Source: a virus
Lineage: Duplodnaviria; Caudoviricetes
Strand: one strand, 5' to 3'
IMG/VR virus record: IMGVR_UViG_3300032295_004079
Location: 48,984 to 112,983 of that record
DNA: 64,000 nt
Below the pieces are notes generated by a model. The model saw nothing but the letters and a program-made list of their open reading frames with translations, had not been told where the DNA came from and searched no databases. This document shows positions 39,351 to 50,081 of this stretch, piece after piece. A program made the position numbers and the translations under genes. Each line of letters opens with the position of its first letter. The first letter of the stretch is position 1.

Positions 39351-40031
39351 ATGGAAAACAAATTCAAAACAAAGGATAATAGACCTTTGAGTCAAAAAGT
39401 AGGATATTTTTTAGAAGGACTACTATTTTGGAGAGGTAGACCTAAAGGAATGATTTATACTAGAGATATAGACTGGGATGATATTCGTGGAATATTTTTT
39501 CCAGATGGTTTTGAAGAAAAGTATGGCTACTTAGGATCTGTTCCTTATAATGAAGATAGTGAGGTATTTAAAGCTATGTATCCACTTATTTTGGCTATGG
39601 ATTATGAAGCTAGACCCAAATGGTGTCCAAGATGGTTTTTGAGATTTTTACATTTGTTTGGTAACGATAAATCAATTGTTAGAGTTAGAAACTTTACCTT
39701 ACATAATCTATTTAGAAAACTTACAAAAGGTATTATGATTTGGGATTACAAAACCAAATGGGAATGGTATGATTTGAGAATATCTATTTCTGCTCCTAAA
39801 CATTTACAGGATTTAGCAGATGCTATTGAAAAGGATTTCTATTCTAGAGGTAGACAAGAAGAAATAGTAGACCAAATCAAAAAACTAGATCCTAAAGCTA
39901 AGATTATGATGGGAAGTGTTGATTTGCTTGTTAAACAATATAATGAACTTGTAAGTAAGAAATCAGAGCAGAAAAAATCTCTCAAAAAAATAATGAAAGA
40001 AGATGAAGACCTGGGTCTATATGATAATTAA
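39351..40031 (+). CDS. Hypothetical protein
   Basis: GGTT-ATG start at 39351. Confidence 0.65.
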   Translation: MENKFKTKDNRPLSQKVGYFLEGLLFWRGRPKGMIYTRDIDWDDIRGIFFPDGFEEKYGYLGSVPYNEDSEVFKAMYPLILAMDYEARPKWCPRWFLRFLHLFGNDKSIVRVRNFTLHNLFRKLTKGIMIWDYKTKWEWYDLRISISAPKHLQDLADAIEKDFYSRGRQEEIVDQIKKLDPKAKIMMGSVDLLVKQYNELVSKKSEQKKSLKKIMKEDEDLGLYDN

Positions 40032-40140
40032 AGTTCTGGTATTACTATTAGTGTTGATCGCGTAATAATCTTATAATATGTGTTTAAATGGTTCAAATAA
40101 TTGCTTAGGTAGTTATAAGTGAACTAACTTAAACACATTT

Positions 40141-42615
40141 ATGAGATTATTTTTTTTATTTTTGTTATTCCCAATTTTAACATTTGGTCAAGTAACAATA
40201 AAAGGTAAAACTAAGTCAAAATCCGAAGACATCTATTTTGCCCACGTAACTTTCAAAGATATAAATGGTAATACATTTACTACTATATCAAACGAAAATG
40301 CAGATTACCAAATCCAACTCAAAGCAGGTACCTACCAAGTAAAAGCAACTTATATTGGTTACGGTGATTACGTAACAGATATAAATCTAACTTCAGATAC
40401 AACATTTGATGTAATATTTGAAGAAAGTAGTACTGAGTTATCAGAAGTTACTGTACAAGCAATAGCTCAAAAAACAACTGAAATTTTAGTTGTGAAAACA
40501 ATACGAGACAATAGTGTTGTATCAGACGGAATATCAACTGAATTTATTAAAAAAACACCTGATAGAAATGCAGGGGATGCTCTAAAAAGAGTAAGTGGCG
40601 TAACAATCCAAAACGATAAATTTGTTCTAGTAAGAGGATTAGCAGACCGCTACAATTCAGCTATACTTAATAAAACTTTATTACCATCAACCGAACCCGA
40701 CAGAAGAGCATTTTCATTTGATATAATTCCTACCTCACTAATAGATAACATTATAGTTTCTAAATCATCAGCAGCTAATTTACCAGGTGATTGGAGTGGG
40801 GGATTAGTTCAAATCACAACCAAAGAAGTATCAGACAATTTCTTTAATATATCTTTGGGGAGTGGATGGGGTTCAGTTTCAACTTTTAGAGATTTTAAGT
40901 TAGTTCAAGCTACTAAATTCCCATCCCTCTTCCCATCTACCTACAAATATAGAATTAGTGGAAATGGGGATAAAAGGGCGTATACAAAACTAATTGGTAA
41001 TCCAAAAGAAACAAATTTAAGTACGATACCTAATCTAAATGGGGGAATATCTTTCGGATATAATAAAAACAAATTTAGTGCTTTATACAGCTCCACAACT
41101 CGGAATACATATATCCTAAACTACATTGACCGAAAAGATTACCAATCATCAACCGAATTAGCTTATGATTATAAAGATGTTTTGTATGCACAACGCTTTT
41201 CTACAAATAATTTATTTAACTTAACTTATTTAGGTCAAAACAAATATAGTTGGAAAACATTAGTAAATTATCAAGCAGAAAACACTTATTTAACAAGAGA
41301 GGGAGACAATTTTGATAACGTACAAAACGTTTTAAGTACTGCCTCAAACCACATTAACAATGTTGTAGTTAATTCTCAATTAGATGGAAAGATTAGAACG
41401 TGGGATTTTAATTTAGGCTACAATTTTATATTCAGAGAACAACCAGATTATAGAATAAATCCAATTACTAAATCCCTGGGTGTAAATGAGCCTTATCAAA
41501 CGGCTTGGAGAGATACGTATCGGTTTTGGAGCGCAATGGAGGAAAATAGTCTTAGTGGCAATGTAAATAAAGAGTTGGGTAAGATAAAAGTAGGGGGTGG
41601 TTATTTGAAAAAGATTAGAGGGTTTAATGCAAGAGTATTTCGTTATCAGTCTGTAGACATTATGGATGAAATAACAAATAATACCGATAGATACACTGCG
41701 GATTTTGATTTGGCTAACTTGTACACCATGTATGAGAATGATTGGGGGAAATGGAAAATTAACACGGGTCTACGTGGAGAATACAATTTATTTAATGTAG
41801 CAACAGCAGATTTTAGTGGTTCTAAAGTAAATGTAAATAGAGAGTATTTAGATGTGCTTCCTTCACTTAACTTGTCGTATAATGAGGAGAAAACAAAATA
41901 TAGATTTTCTTTGAGTAAAACTTTGGCAAGACCTGAATTTAGAGAAGTAGCTAATTTTGCTTATTATGATTTTGTAAGAAATGCTCAAATATTGGGAAAT
42001 TCTAATTTAGAAAAATCAGATGTGTACAATTTGGATTTAAAATATGAATTTTATCCAACAATTGGAGAAAATATTTCATTTTCGGTATTTGGTAAGAATT
42101 TTATTAGACCAATAGAGCAAGTTGTAGCAGATGGTTCAGTTCCTTCGAATTTGTTGTTAACTTATACAAACCCTGAATCAGCTGTTTTGTATGGTACAGA
42201 ATTGGAAATTAGAAAGAAAATAGTGGAATGGATTGATGTTTACAGTAACATTTCAGTAATGAATTCTGAAGTTAATGTGAATGGGGAAAAGAGACAATTG
42301 CAAGGACAATCTAATTATGTAGTAAATACTGGAATAAACATAAATAAAAAGAATGAAACGCTTAATATAACTTACAATAGAGTAGGAGATAGAATATCGG
42401 CTGTTGGATTTCAAGGTTATCCTGATATTTTTGAAAATAGCAGAGATGTATTGGATATTACATTCTTACATAAGTTAAAGAATGGAGAAGTAAAATTAGC
42501 AATAGGAGATATATTTGCTCAACCATCAGTTTATTACCAAAAAGCACAAAATAGAAATTTAATTAGAACAAATAACGAACAAACTATTTCATTAACCTTA
42601 AACTTAAACTTATGA
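40141..42615 (+). CDS. TonB-dependent outer-membrane receptor with carboxypeptidase-regulatory-like N-domain
   Basis: Signal peptide, ATYIGY, L.EV.V, plug DALKRVSGV..VRGL.DRY, RPEFRE, GNSNL, alternating beta-strand C-terminus. Confidence 0.92.
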   Translation: MRLFFLFLLFPILTFGQVTIKGKTKSKSEDIYFAHVTFKDINGNTFTTISNENADYQIQLKAGTYQVKATYIGYGDYVTDINLTSDTTFDVIFEESSTELSEVTVQAIAQKTTEILVVKTIRDNSVVSDGISTEFIKKTPDRNAGDALKRVSGVTIQNDKFVLVRGLADRYNSAILNKTLLPSTEPDRRAFSFDIIPTSLIDNIIVSKSSAANLPGDWSGGLVQITTKEVSDNFFNISLGSGWGSVSTFRDFKLVQATKFPSLFPSTYKYRISGNGDKRAYTKLIGNPKETNLSTIPNLNGGISFGYNKNKFSALYSSTTRNTYILNYIDRKDYQSSTELAYDYKDVLYAQRFSTNNLFNLTYLGQNKYSWKTLVNYQAENTYLTREGDNFDNVQNVLSTASNHINNVVVNSQLDGKIRTWDFNLGYNFIFREQPDYRINPITKSLGVNEPYQTAWRDTYRFWSAMEENSLSGNVNKELGKIKVGGGYLKKIRGFNARVFRYQSVDIMDEITNNTDRYTADFDLANLYTMYENDWGKWKINTGLRGEYNLFNVATADFSGSKVNVNREYLDVLPSLNLSYNEEKTKYRFSLSKTLARPEFREVANFAYYDFVRNAQILGNSNLEKSDVYNLDLKYEFYPTIGENISFSVFGKNFIRPIEQVVADGSVPSNLLLTYTNPESAVLYGTELEIRKKIVEWIDVYSNISVMNSEVNVNGEKRQLQGQSNYVVNTGININKKNETLNITYNRVGDRISAVGFQGYPDIFENSRDVLDITFLHKLKNGEVKLAIGDIFAQPSVYYQKAQNRNLIRTNNEQTISLTLNLNL

Positions 42616-43808
42616 AAAAACTATTATTAATTATCTTAGCATTTGGAGTATTCAGCTGTGAAACTGAATTAGGGGGAGAAGATGGTGTTATTGGGGTTCC
42701 AACTACAACAACACTTTCGGGTAATATCAACACAACTACAACTTTAACTTCTGATAAAGTTTGGACACTAAAAGGATATGTTTACGTAACAGATGGAGCA
42801 AAGTTAATTATTCAACCTGGAACTGTAATAGTTTCTGATATAGCTGAAAAAGGAGCATTGTGTATTGAAAGAGGAGCACAAATCATAGCAGAGGGAACAG
42901 CTACTAAACCAATTGTGTTTACTTCAGGTAAGCCTGCTGGAGAGCGAGCACCTGGTGATTGGGGAGGTATTATTATATTAGGAAGAGCAAAGACTAATCG
43001 TTCTTCTGAACCTACTATTGAAGGTGGAATAGGTAGAGCTTTTGGTGGAACAAATGATGCTGATAATAGTGGTGTATTAAAGTATGTACGAATTGAATAT
43101 GCTGGAATTGCTGCTATGCCAAACTCTGAAATTAATGCCTTAACATTAGGAGGTGTTGGAAATGGAACAGTAATTGAAAATGTTCAAACTGTATATGCTA
43201 ATGACGATGCGTTTGAATTTTTTGGCGGAACAGTAAATGCTAAAAATTTATATGCTTATGCTACAGCAGATGATGATTTTGATTTTGATTTTGGCTATAC
43301 AGGAACTATTACTAATGGGGTAGCTAAAAGAGACCCTCAATTTGTAGATAGTGGAGATGCAGGCAATGGAGTTGAATGTGATAATGATGGAACAGGTTCT
43401 TCTGCTCAACCAACAACTCATCCTAAGTTGCTTAATATGATTTTAGTTGGTCCTAACGTATCTTCTGCTTTAGCTAACCACAATTTAGGATTAAGATTTA
43501 GAAGAGCAACTCAATTTACAATGAAAAATAGTGTTGTATGGGGTTGGATGAAAGGTGGATTAAGTTTAGAAAGTAATGAAACAGCTCAATTTGTAAAAGA
43601 TGGAGTTTCAGTATTTGAAAACAATTCAGTAGGAACATTTAATCCATCTCTAAATTTTATCAGCAGAGCAACTACAATTTTAACAAATGATCAGCTTAAA
43701 ACACTAGCTTTAAGCAAAAACAACAAAGAAGTAAATGTAGTAATACCTGAATTGGATAAACCAATTTGGATAAATGGGTGGACGAGATTTCCATCAAAAG
43801 GAAATTAA
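42612..43808 (+). CDS. Beta-helix-like lipoprotein partner of the TonB receptor
   Basis: FSC lipobox; PGDWGG, DNSGVLKYVRIEYAG, DDAFEFFGG, DDDFDFD. Confidence 0.8.
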   Translation: MKKLLLIILAFGVFSCETELGGEDGVIGVPTTTTLSGNINTTTTLTSDKVWTLKGYVYVTDGAKLIIQPGTVIVSDIAEKGALCIERGAQIIAEGTATKPIVFTSGKPAGERAPGDWGGIIILGRAKTNRSSEPTIEGGIGRAFGGTNDADNSGVLKYVRIEYAGIAAMPNSEINALTLGGVGNGTVIENVQTVYANDDAFEFFGGTVNAKNLYAYATADDDFDFDFGYTGTITNGVAKRDPQFVDSGDAGNGVECDNDGTGSSAQPTTHPKLLNMILVGPNVSSALANHNLGLRFRRATQFTMKNSVVWGWMKGGLSLESNETAQFVKDGVSVFENNSVGTFNPSLNFISRATTILTNDQLKTLALSKNNKEVNVVIPELDKPIWINGWTRFPSKGN

Positions 43809-43810
43809 AT

Positions 43811-43838
43811 AAAGAGGAGCTATTTAGCTCCTTTTTTA
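43811..43838 (+). terminator. Intrinsic terminator
   Basis: AGGAGCTA-TT-TAGCTCCT + T tract. Confidence 0.8.
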
Positions 43839-43889
43839 TTTGGAAAACTGGAGAAGGGATCGTATATTTACAACTGTAAATAAAATTAT

Positions 43890-44861
43890 ATGCACAATAT
43901 AGACGAAGAATACAGACAACTCCTAATGGATATTCTAATTAATGGAGTTAAAAAAGAAGACAGAACCGGAACCGGTACACAATCAGTATTTGGTAGACAG
44001 ATTCGTCATTCAATGAGTGAAGGATTTCCTTTACTTACAACCAAGAAAATGGCTTGGAAATCTATAGTAACAGAATTGCTTTGGTTTCTTAGAGGTGATT
44101 CTGATATTAGATTTCTGTGGGAAAGCAACTGTACAATTTGGGACGGTGATTGGTATAAGCGGTATAAAACTACTTGTTCTGAACCATACACATTAGAAGA
44201 GGTTAAACAGAAAGTAAAAGAAGGTGGCCATTATTTCCACGATTCAATGTTTGATATGGGACCAATCTACGGTAAGCAATGGAGACAGTGGAATTACCAA
44301 AGTAAGAAGAACCATTATGTTATGGCAGGTCAACCTACTCATTATAGTATTAATATTGACCAAATTATAAATCTAATCTCTGAACTTAAATCAAATCCTG
44401 ATAGTAGAAGATTAATGGTATCAGCTTGGAATGTAGGTGAACTAGATAAAATGGTTCTTCCTCCTTGCCATTATGGATTCCAAGTTTATACACAAGAAAG
44501 AGAAGGTAAACGATATATTTCTTTAATGTGGAATCAACGTTCAGTAGATACATTCTTGGGATTACCGTTTAATATTGCTTCCTATGCTTTGCTATTAGAG
44601 ATTATAGCTAAAGAAGTAAATATGATACCTGATGAAATAATTGGGAATTTAGGAGATGTTCACTTATATTTAGATCATATTGAACAAGCAAAAGAACAAA
44701 TTAGTAGAAAACCATTTGAATTACCTAAATTAAAAATGAATCCTATATTCTTAGCTAATTTGGAACATAAATCATTTGATGAAGCTATTAATGGAGTAGT
44801 TAGTTTTGAATTAGAAAATTATCAATCACACCCTGCTATTAAAGCACCTTTATCTAACTAA
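43890..44861 (+). CDS. thyA: Thymidylate synthase
   Basis: DRTGTGT, ELLWFL.G, GPIYGKQWR, LPPCH, QRSVD.FLG.PFN. Confidence 0.97.
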   Translation: MHNIDEEYRQLLMDILINGVKKEDRTGTGTQSVFGRQIRHSMSEGFPLLTTKKMAWKSIVTELLWFLRGDSDIRFLWESNCTIWDGDWYKRYKTTCSEPYTLEEVKQKVKEGGHYFHDSMFDMGPIYGKQWRQWNYQSKKNHYVMAGQPTHYSINIDQIINLISELKSNPDSRRLMVSAWNVGELDKMVLPPCHYGFQVYTQEREGKRYISLMWNQRSVDTFLGLPFNIASYALLLEIIAKEVNMIPDEIIGNLGDVHLYLDHIEQAKEQISRKPFELPKLKMNPIFLANLEHKSFDEAINGVVSFELENYQSHPAIKAPLSN

Positions 44862-44864
44862 GTT

Positions 44865-45161
44865 ATGACATACGAAAATTTTGCAAGTATAGTAGAAACA
44901 TTACAAAAACAAAGTGATTTAGTAAATGATTTATACTCTAAGAAGGTAGACTTAATTGATTTTGCAGATCCTTATGACGGTATCATTCGTATTTTACTAA
45001 CAGAAGTTTATACTGCAGAAGGTTACGATTGGTTTTCTTGGTTCTGTTATGAAAATGATTTTGGAACAGGAAGATTGGATGCTAATGATGAAAATGGACC
45101 TATCTGCTATGATGTAAAATCTCTTTGGGAGTTTTTGGAAACTAATTACAATAAATCATGA
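44865..45161 (+). CDS. Hypothetical protein
   Basis: DWFSWFCYENDFG motif. Confidence 0.6.
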   Translation: MTYENFASIVETLQKQSDLVNDLYSKKVDLIDFADPYDGIIRILLTEVYTAEGYDWFSWFCYENDFGTGRLDANDENGPICYDVKSLWEFLETNYNKS

Positions 45162-45697
45162 GAAAATTCTTAATTTTACTAACCCTACTTACTTTTATTA
45201 CAGGTACTATAGGTGTCTCTAAATCTGCAGAAGATAATCTTAGACTTCTAATAGAAGAATATGAGGGCATAAAGTTAAAGGCTTATAGATGTCCTAAAGG
45301 AGTACCTACTATAGGAATTGGATCTACAAGATATGAGGATGGTAGTAAGGTTAAATTGGGGGATGAAATATCTCTTGAATATGCTGAAGTGTTATATGAA
45401 AGAGAAGTAGATAAGGTAAGAAAGGAAGTTGATCAGTTAGTTATCCCTAATCTAAATAAGAACCAAGAAGATGCTTTAGTTAGTTTTGCTTACAATGTAG
45501 GTATTAATGCTTTTAAATCTTCAACTTTATTAGAAAAAGTAAATAAAGATCCAAGAAGCAATTCTATAAAAAGAGAATTTATGAAATGGACAACTTCAGG
45601 AGGTAGAAGACTTAAAGGACTTGTTAAAAGAAGAAAAGCAGAAGTTGATTTATATTTCTTAAAAACACCAAACTATGCAAATAGTTCTAACTCTTAA
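45158..45697 (+). CDS. GH24 lysozyme with N-terminal signal/SAR segment
   Basis: EG..LKAYRCP.GVPTIG.G, ALVSFAYNVG, GLVKRR.AE. Confidence 0.9.
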   Translation: MRKFLILLTLLTFITGTIGVSKSAEDNLRLLIEEYEGIKLKAYRCPKGVPTIGIGSTRYEDGSKVKLGDEISLEYAEVLYEREVDKVRKEVDQLVIPNLNKNQEDALVSFAYNVGINAFKSSTLLEKVNKDPRSNSIKREFMKWTTSGGRRLKGLVKRRKAEVDLYFLKTPNYANSSNS

Positions 45698-46151
45698 TAA
45701 AGATATTGCTCCACATATAGCAGATTTGATACTTGATGGAAAACTTGAGGGAGGTTATTCAATCGACTACGCTTTAAATGCACTTGTATCATTTCTAAAT
45801 GGAAGAGAAATTATTATTTACAATTTCACAAAATATTTTTGGTTGGACAATAGATGGAGTGGATATAAGATTGATAATTATGGAACAAAAATAGTAATAA
45901 ATTTTATTTAATAAATGCTACACTTAGAAGAAAAAGTAAAAGATCAAATTTACAATATAATTTTAAAATCAAACGGTATTATAGTAGGTGAATTTGTTAA
46001 AGTAGATGGGTTCTATTATTTCGCTGAAAATGATAGTAGAACTTGGGGATTATGGTCACAGGAGTTTTTAAAGAGTTTGGTATCTGAATTAGAATTACTA
46101 AACAAAGAAGTAAATGATGCCATAAAAGCAGATTACATAAATTTTCAATAA
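45675..46151 (+). other. Two small hypothetical ORFs (45675-45911, 45915-46151)
   Basis: ORF track. Confidence 0.55.
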
Positions 46152-46155
46152 ATAA

Positions 46156-46251
46156 TTGCAAGATTTTCAATAAGCACGCGAACTGCTTAGCGAAAGTTCC
46201 TCGCCGAAAGCTTGGCTTTCGGCTTTTTTGTTCGTAGATTTACATTGTTGA
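46156..46251 (+). repeat. Cassette copy 3 (terminator hairpin 46203-46230)
   Basis: TTGCA-AGATT-TTCAA, CGCGAACTGCTTAGCGAAAG, TTGG, CGTAGATTTACATTGTTGA. Confidence 0.92.
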
Positions 46252-46271
46252 TTTAAACAAAAATAATGGTT

Positions 46272-47267
46272 ATGAAAAAATTAGATGAATTAGTAGCAGA
46301 TAAGAATTATATACATGTTAGTTACTATGGTAACATTAGAACTACATTTAGATATATAGGTAAAACAGATTCAAAAAGACACGCCATCGTTATATTAGAT
46401 GGTAAAGAAGAAGGAGTTAAATCATTCCTTATTCCAACAGATCAAATTATTGAATATTAATATAAAAAAATAAAGGTTATGAACAAAACTGAAATTAAAA
46501 GACAAATCAATTATCGATTCTATCAGTACGTAAATAATAATTTCCCGGAATATGAAATTGATGGTGGAGAAGGAAATGGAAGAATATATTTGGTACCAAA
46601 AGAAGGTGATAGTAGAAATGATAATTCAATTGAATATCACCAATCCAGACATGATTTAGTTTGCCTTAATTATGCGTCTAAAAAAACACATGAAGACGTA
46701 GCTAAAATGCAATCTTATGTCTCAAATAATATTATTCCATTCATAAACTTATGTCTCAAATAATATTATGACACCTAAAGAAAAAGCAGAAGAGTTGGTA
46801 CATAAGTTTAAAAAGTATTCTTATTATCCAAAAACAAATAATGATATGTTATTTGTAAATGAACTTAATAATAATGCCAAACAATGTGCATTGATAGCAG
46901 CAGATGAAATATTAAGTGATTATAAAAATTATTTGTTGCATGAAAATACAGAATATAAGGGTTTAATGTATTGGAAACAAGTTAAACAAGAAATCGAAAA
47001 ACTATGACACAACAAACTGCAGAAAATAACTTACACGAATGGTTTTGGTTATTTAAACACAAATTAGTAGATGAATTCCCTGAATACCAACCAACATTTG
47101 ATTATATAGTAGAGAGTGCAGATGGGGATGGGGTATTGTATGAAGTAATGGAATTTGCTTATAGATACTTGCAAGTAGAAGCAGCATTGAGAGGTGGAGA
47201 AGATAATCTAACCATCACTAACTATTTGAAGGCTTTAGATTACGGGTATGACGAATGGAAAAAATAA
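46272..47267 (+). other. Four small hypothetical ORFs (46272-46460, 46479-46763, 46768-47007, 47004-47267)
   Basis: GGTT-ATG starts; 46768 carries MTPKEKA...AKQCALIA pattern. Confidence 0.6.
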
Positions 47268-47275
47268 AATTCTGT

Positions 47276-47407
47276 TTGAAAGACCTGCAAAGAGCGCGCG
47301 AACTGTTTCGCGAATGCTCCTTGCGTCTTGCTTGGCTTCCTGAGGAATTCAGCGTAAATTTACAGTGTTGAGCGTTTAGGCTCAATTGATATAACACGGT
47401 GTTATAT
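47276..47407 (+). repeat. Cassette copy 4 with two leader hairpins
   Basis: TTGAA-AGACC-TGCAA ... CGTAAATTTACAGTGTTGA; ATATAACAC-G-GTGTTATAT. Confidence 0.92.
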
Positions 47408-47436
47408 TATATAATAAAAAATAAATAATAATGGTT

Positions 47437-48204
47437 ATGAAAAGTGTAATTGAAAATCAAATCCAAGAAGTAAAACAGAAAATATCATTTCTAGATCAGA
47501 AAGTAGAAATTATTAATAAAACTTATCAAGATTTAGAATCTGCATTTATTACTCCATTTTTGGAACAATATAATATCGTATCTGAAGAGTGTTTTTTGAG
47601 ATATGCATATGATACATTTACAATTTGTGCTCTAAAAGATGGTATCTATAGAGAAGAATTGGTTAGTTTTAGAATTCATATGCCATCCTATTCTTTTGGA
47701 GAAGAAAGAGAGAGAGTTATTTCAACTTCTTTCTATTCTACAAATACAAGTGGTGAATTTGAATTGAATAGAATGGTTATTATTGGTAGAGTAGGTCAAA
47801 TGTTACTTGATAATAAAAGTGATATTCTTTCAGGTTGGGATATTCTAATGAAAAATCGTAGTAATGAAACCGAAGAGGTTTATCGTGAAATTGGTATTCT
47901 AGAAAAAGAATTACGTGAACTAAAATTATCTCTAAGAGAAATTGAAAAAGAAGAAATGTATAATATCCTTAGTGAAGGAGTACATTTCAAAATGGATGAT
48001 CTTGTAACATTAGATATCAATAATAAAGAATCTAGATATCTCTCTTATATTAAATTGTTATCTACTAAAAACAAATCAGTAGTTGTAAAATATATTGGTC
48101 ATAGAGATGAAGATTTTACTACAGCAACTGTTAGATTAATGCATTTAGAAAGATTTATTATCAGATATTCTAATCTACTAGCTCCAAAAGAAGTATTAGC
48201 TTAA
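47437..48204 (+). CDS. Hypothetical coiled-coil protein
   Basis: GGTT-ATG start. Confidence 0.65.
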   Translation: MKSVIENQIQEVKQKISFLDQKVEIINKTYQDLESAFITPFLEQYNIVSEECFLRYAYDTFTICALKDGIYREELVSFRIHMPSYSFGEERERVISTSFYSTNTSGEFELNRMVIIGRVGQMLLDNKSDILSGWDILMKNRSNETEEVYREIGILEKELRELKLSLREIEKEEMYNILSEGVHFKMDDLVTLDINNKESRYLSYIKLLSTKNKSVVVKYIGHRDEDFTTATVRLMHLERFIIRYSNLLAPKEVLA

Positions 48205-48867
48205 TATATTGTAAAACTTAAATATAAAAAACTATGGTTATCAACATTATTCAGAAAGTATTAGGTAAATCAAAAGGTATTTCTAGGGAAGGTGATCTAA
48301 AACCTAAAGGTGTAAAATATACTATTAGGGGGGATTATGGTTTTAATGAAACGTTTGAACATATTTTTAGAGAACGACTAAAGAGCTAAATATGAGAACT
48401 GAAAGAGATATTATGTTATTAATTGTTGAATTGGAGAATTGGATTTCACAAATTAAGAGAGAAAATCCTAATGATGGAGATATTGCTATATTGATAGCGA
48501 ATGAAAAAATTAATGTACTAAAATGGGTGTTAGATGATATTTAAAGAATATGATCAGGCAGTTATATACGCTGCTCTAAATGATATAAAAGGTTATCATG
48601 TAGCAGGGAATAAAAAAGGTGGATGGTTAATATTAAAAGGAAATAAAGTAGTAAAAATAAAAAATGTCTAAACTAAAAAAGGGAGATACAGTACGATTCC
48701 CATTTGCTGGGACTATTCATATAGGTACATTTGAAGGTATTACAGAGGTAGAATATGGTTCAGTAAAAAGAACTTACTATAAATGCAAAACAGCAGAAGG
48801 TACTGTGTATCCTGTTGACAAGTCTTTAGTAAGTAAAATTTAAACTAACAATTTTTTTACATTTTTT

Positions 48868-48963
48868 TTGAAGCAATTTCAAGGAACACGCAAACTGTTT
48901 CGTGAAAGTTCCATGCAAAATTTTTGGAAAACCGAAGTTTTCAGCGTAGATTTACATTGTTGA
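48868..48963 (+). repeat. Cassette copy 5
   Basis: TTGAA-GCAAT-TTCAA ... CGTAGATTTACATTGTTGA. Confidence 0.92.
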
Positions 48964-49016
48964 GTTACAGGTTAACGAAACGTAAATAAATATATAAAAT
49001 ATAAATAATAAAGGTT

Positions 49017-49436
49017 ATGAGAGGAATACAATTATTTCAGATTAGAAAATCCAATAATAAGTTTGATCCTAAGTATTTAATGAATGATAACGACGAGTTA
49101 TTTGTTGTAGAATATAATGGTTATCATATTACTATAATTAGACATAAGTTTTGGGATAATACATACCAATCAAATTTAAGAATAATTAAAGATGGAAGTC
49201 AATTGGTGGATGGAGAACCTAACGAATATGGAGTAAGTTGTGCTCTATGGATCCAACAAATATCTTCCAAAAATCCAGGAAAAACTGAAGAAAAACTGAT
49301 ATTAAAAGCTAAAGCTATTATTGATAGGTTAGATGAAAATGGAAGAGGGAATTTATGTCTATGTAATAGAGGTAATATAATTGAAGATCCTAATATAATT
49401 GCAGAATTTGCAAAGTACGCGCAAACTGTTTCGTAA
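49017..49436 (+). CDS. Hypothetical protein; stop codon lies inside cassette 6
   Basis: ORF track. Confidence 0.6.
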   Translation: MRGIQLFQIRKSNNKFDPKYLMNDNDELFVVEYNGYHITIIRHKFWDNTYQSNLRIIKDGSQLVDGEPNEYGVSCALWIQQISSKNPGKTEEKLILKAKAIIDRLDENGRGNLCLCNRGNIIEDPNIIAEFAKYAQTVS

Positions 49437-49533
49437 AAATTCCACGTAATTTTGTTGGAGAACTGAGGGAACGTTCGTAGATTTACATTGTTGTACGTTT
49501 AAAGCGTACGCATGGTATAACACGGTGTTATAC
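49399..49533 (+). repeat. Cassette copy 6 with leader hairpins
   Basis: TTGCA-GAATT-TGCAA ... GTATAACAC-G-GTGTTATAC. Confidence 0.92.
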
Positions 49534-49562
49534 GATAGAATAAAAATTAAATAATAAAGGTT

Positions 49563-50073
49563 ATGTTAAATAAAGAAACATTAAACACATTAGAAAAAAC
49601 ATTTGGTCCATTCCTTATAGATAAAGTTTGGGGTGGCAGTAATACACCATTTCTTAGATTTGGTTATTGGAGACGAGTAGATGTAAATCAACTCCAATCT
49701 ATTATTGGTAATGAGATTATCATCAAAGAAGATAATTTAGATGATGATGATTGTGGTACATTATTTTCTTACAAAATGTTTGAACGATATAAAGGATAAT
49801 AATATGAAAACATTTAAAGATTTAGTATTCAAACCACACCCATTAGGTAGTGGAATACAAGCTGTTATGCATTTTGAAAAGGGATACGGTGTAAGTGTAG
49901 TACAAACTCCTTATTCATATGGTGGTAAAATGGGATTATATGAAATCGCTGTTATAGACAGTGAAGGAGAAGTAGTATATGATACTCCAGTAGCTGATGG
50001 TGTAATTGGCTATCTCAGAGAAGAAGATGTTACTGAAGGAATGAGGAGAATTCAATTGTTGGAAATATCATAA
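49563..50073 (+). other. Two hypothetical ORFs (49563-49799, 49804-50073)
   Basis: Second has F..GYGVSVV...SYGG..GLYEIAV pattern. Confidence 0.6.
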
Positions 50074-50081
50074 TATTATTT

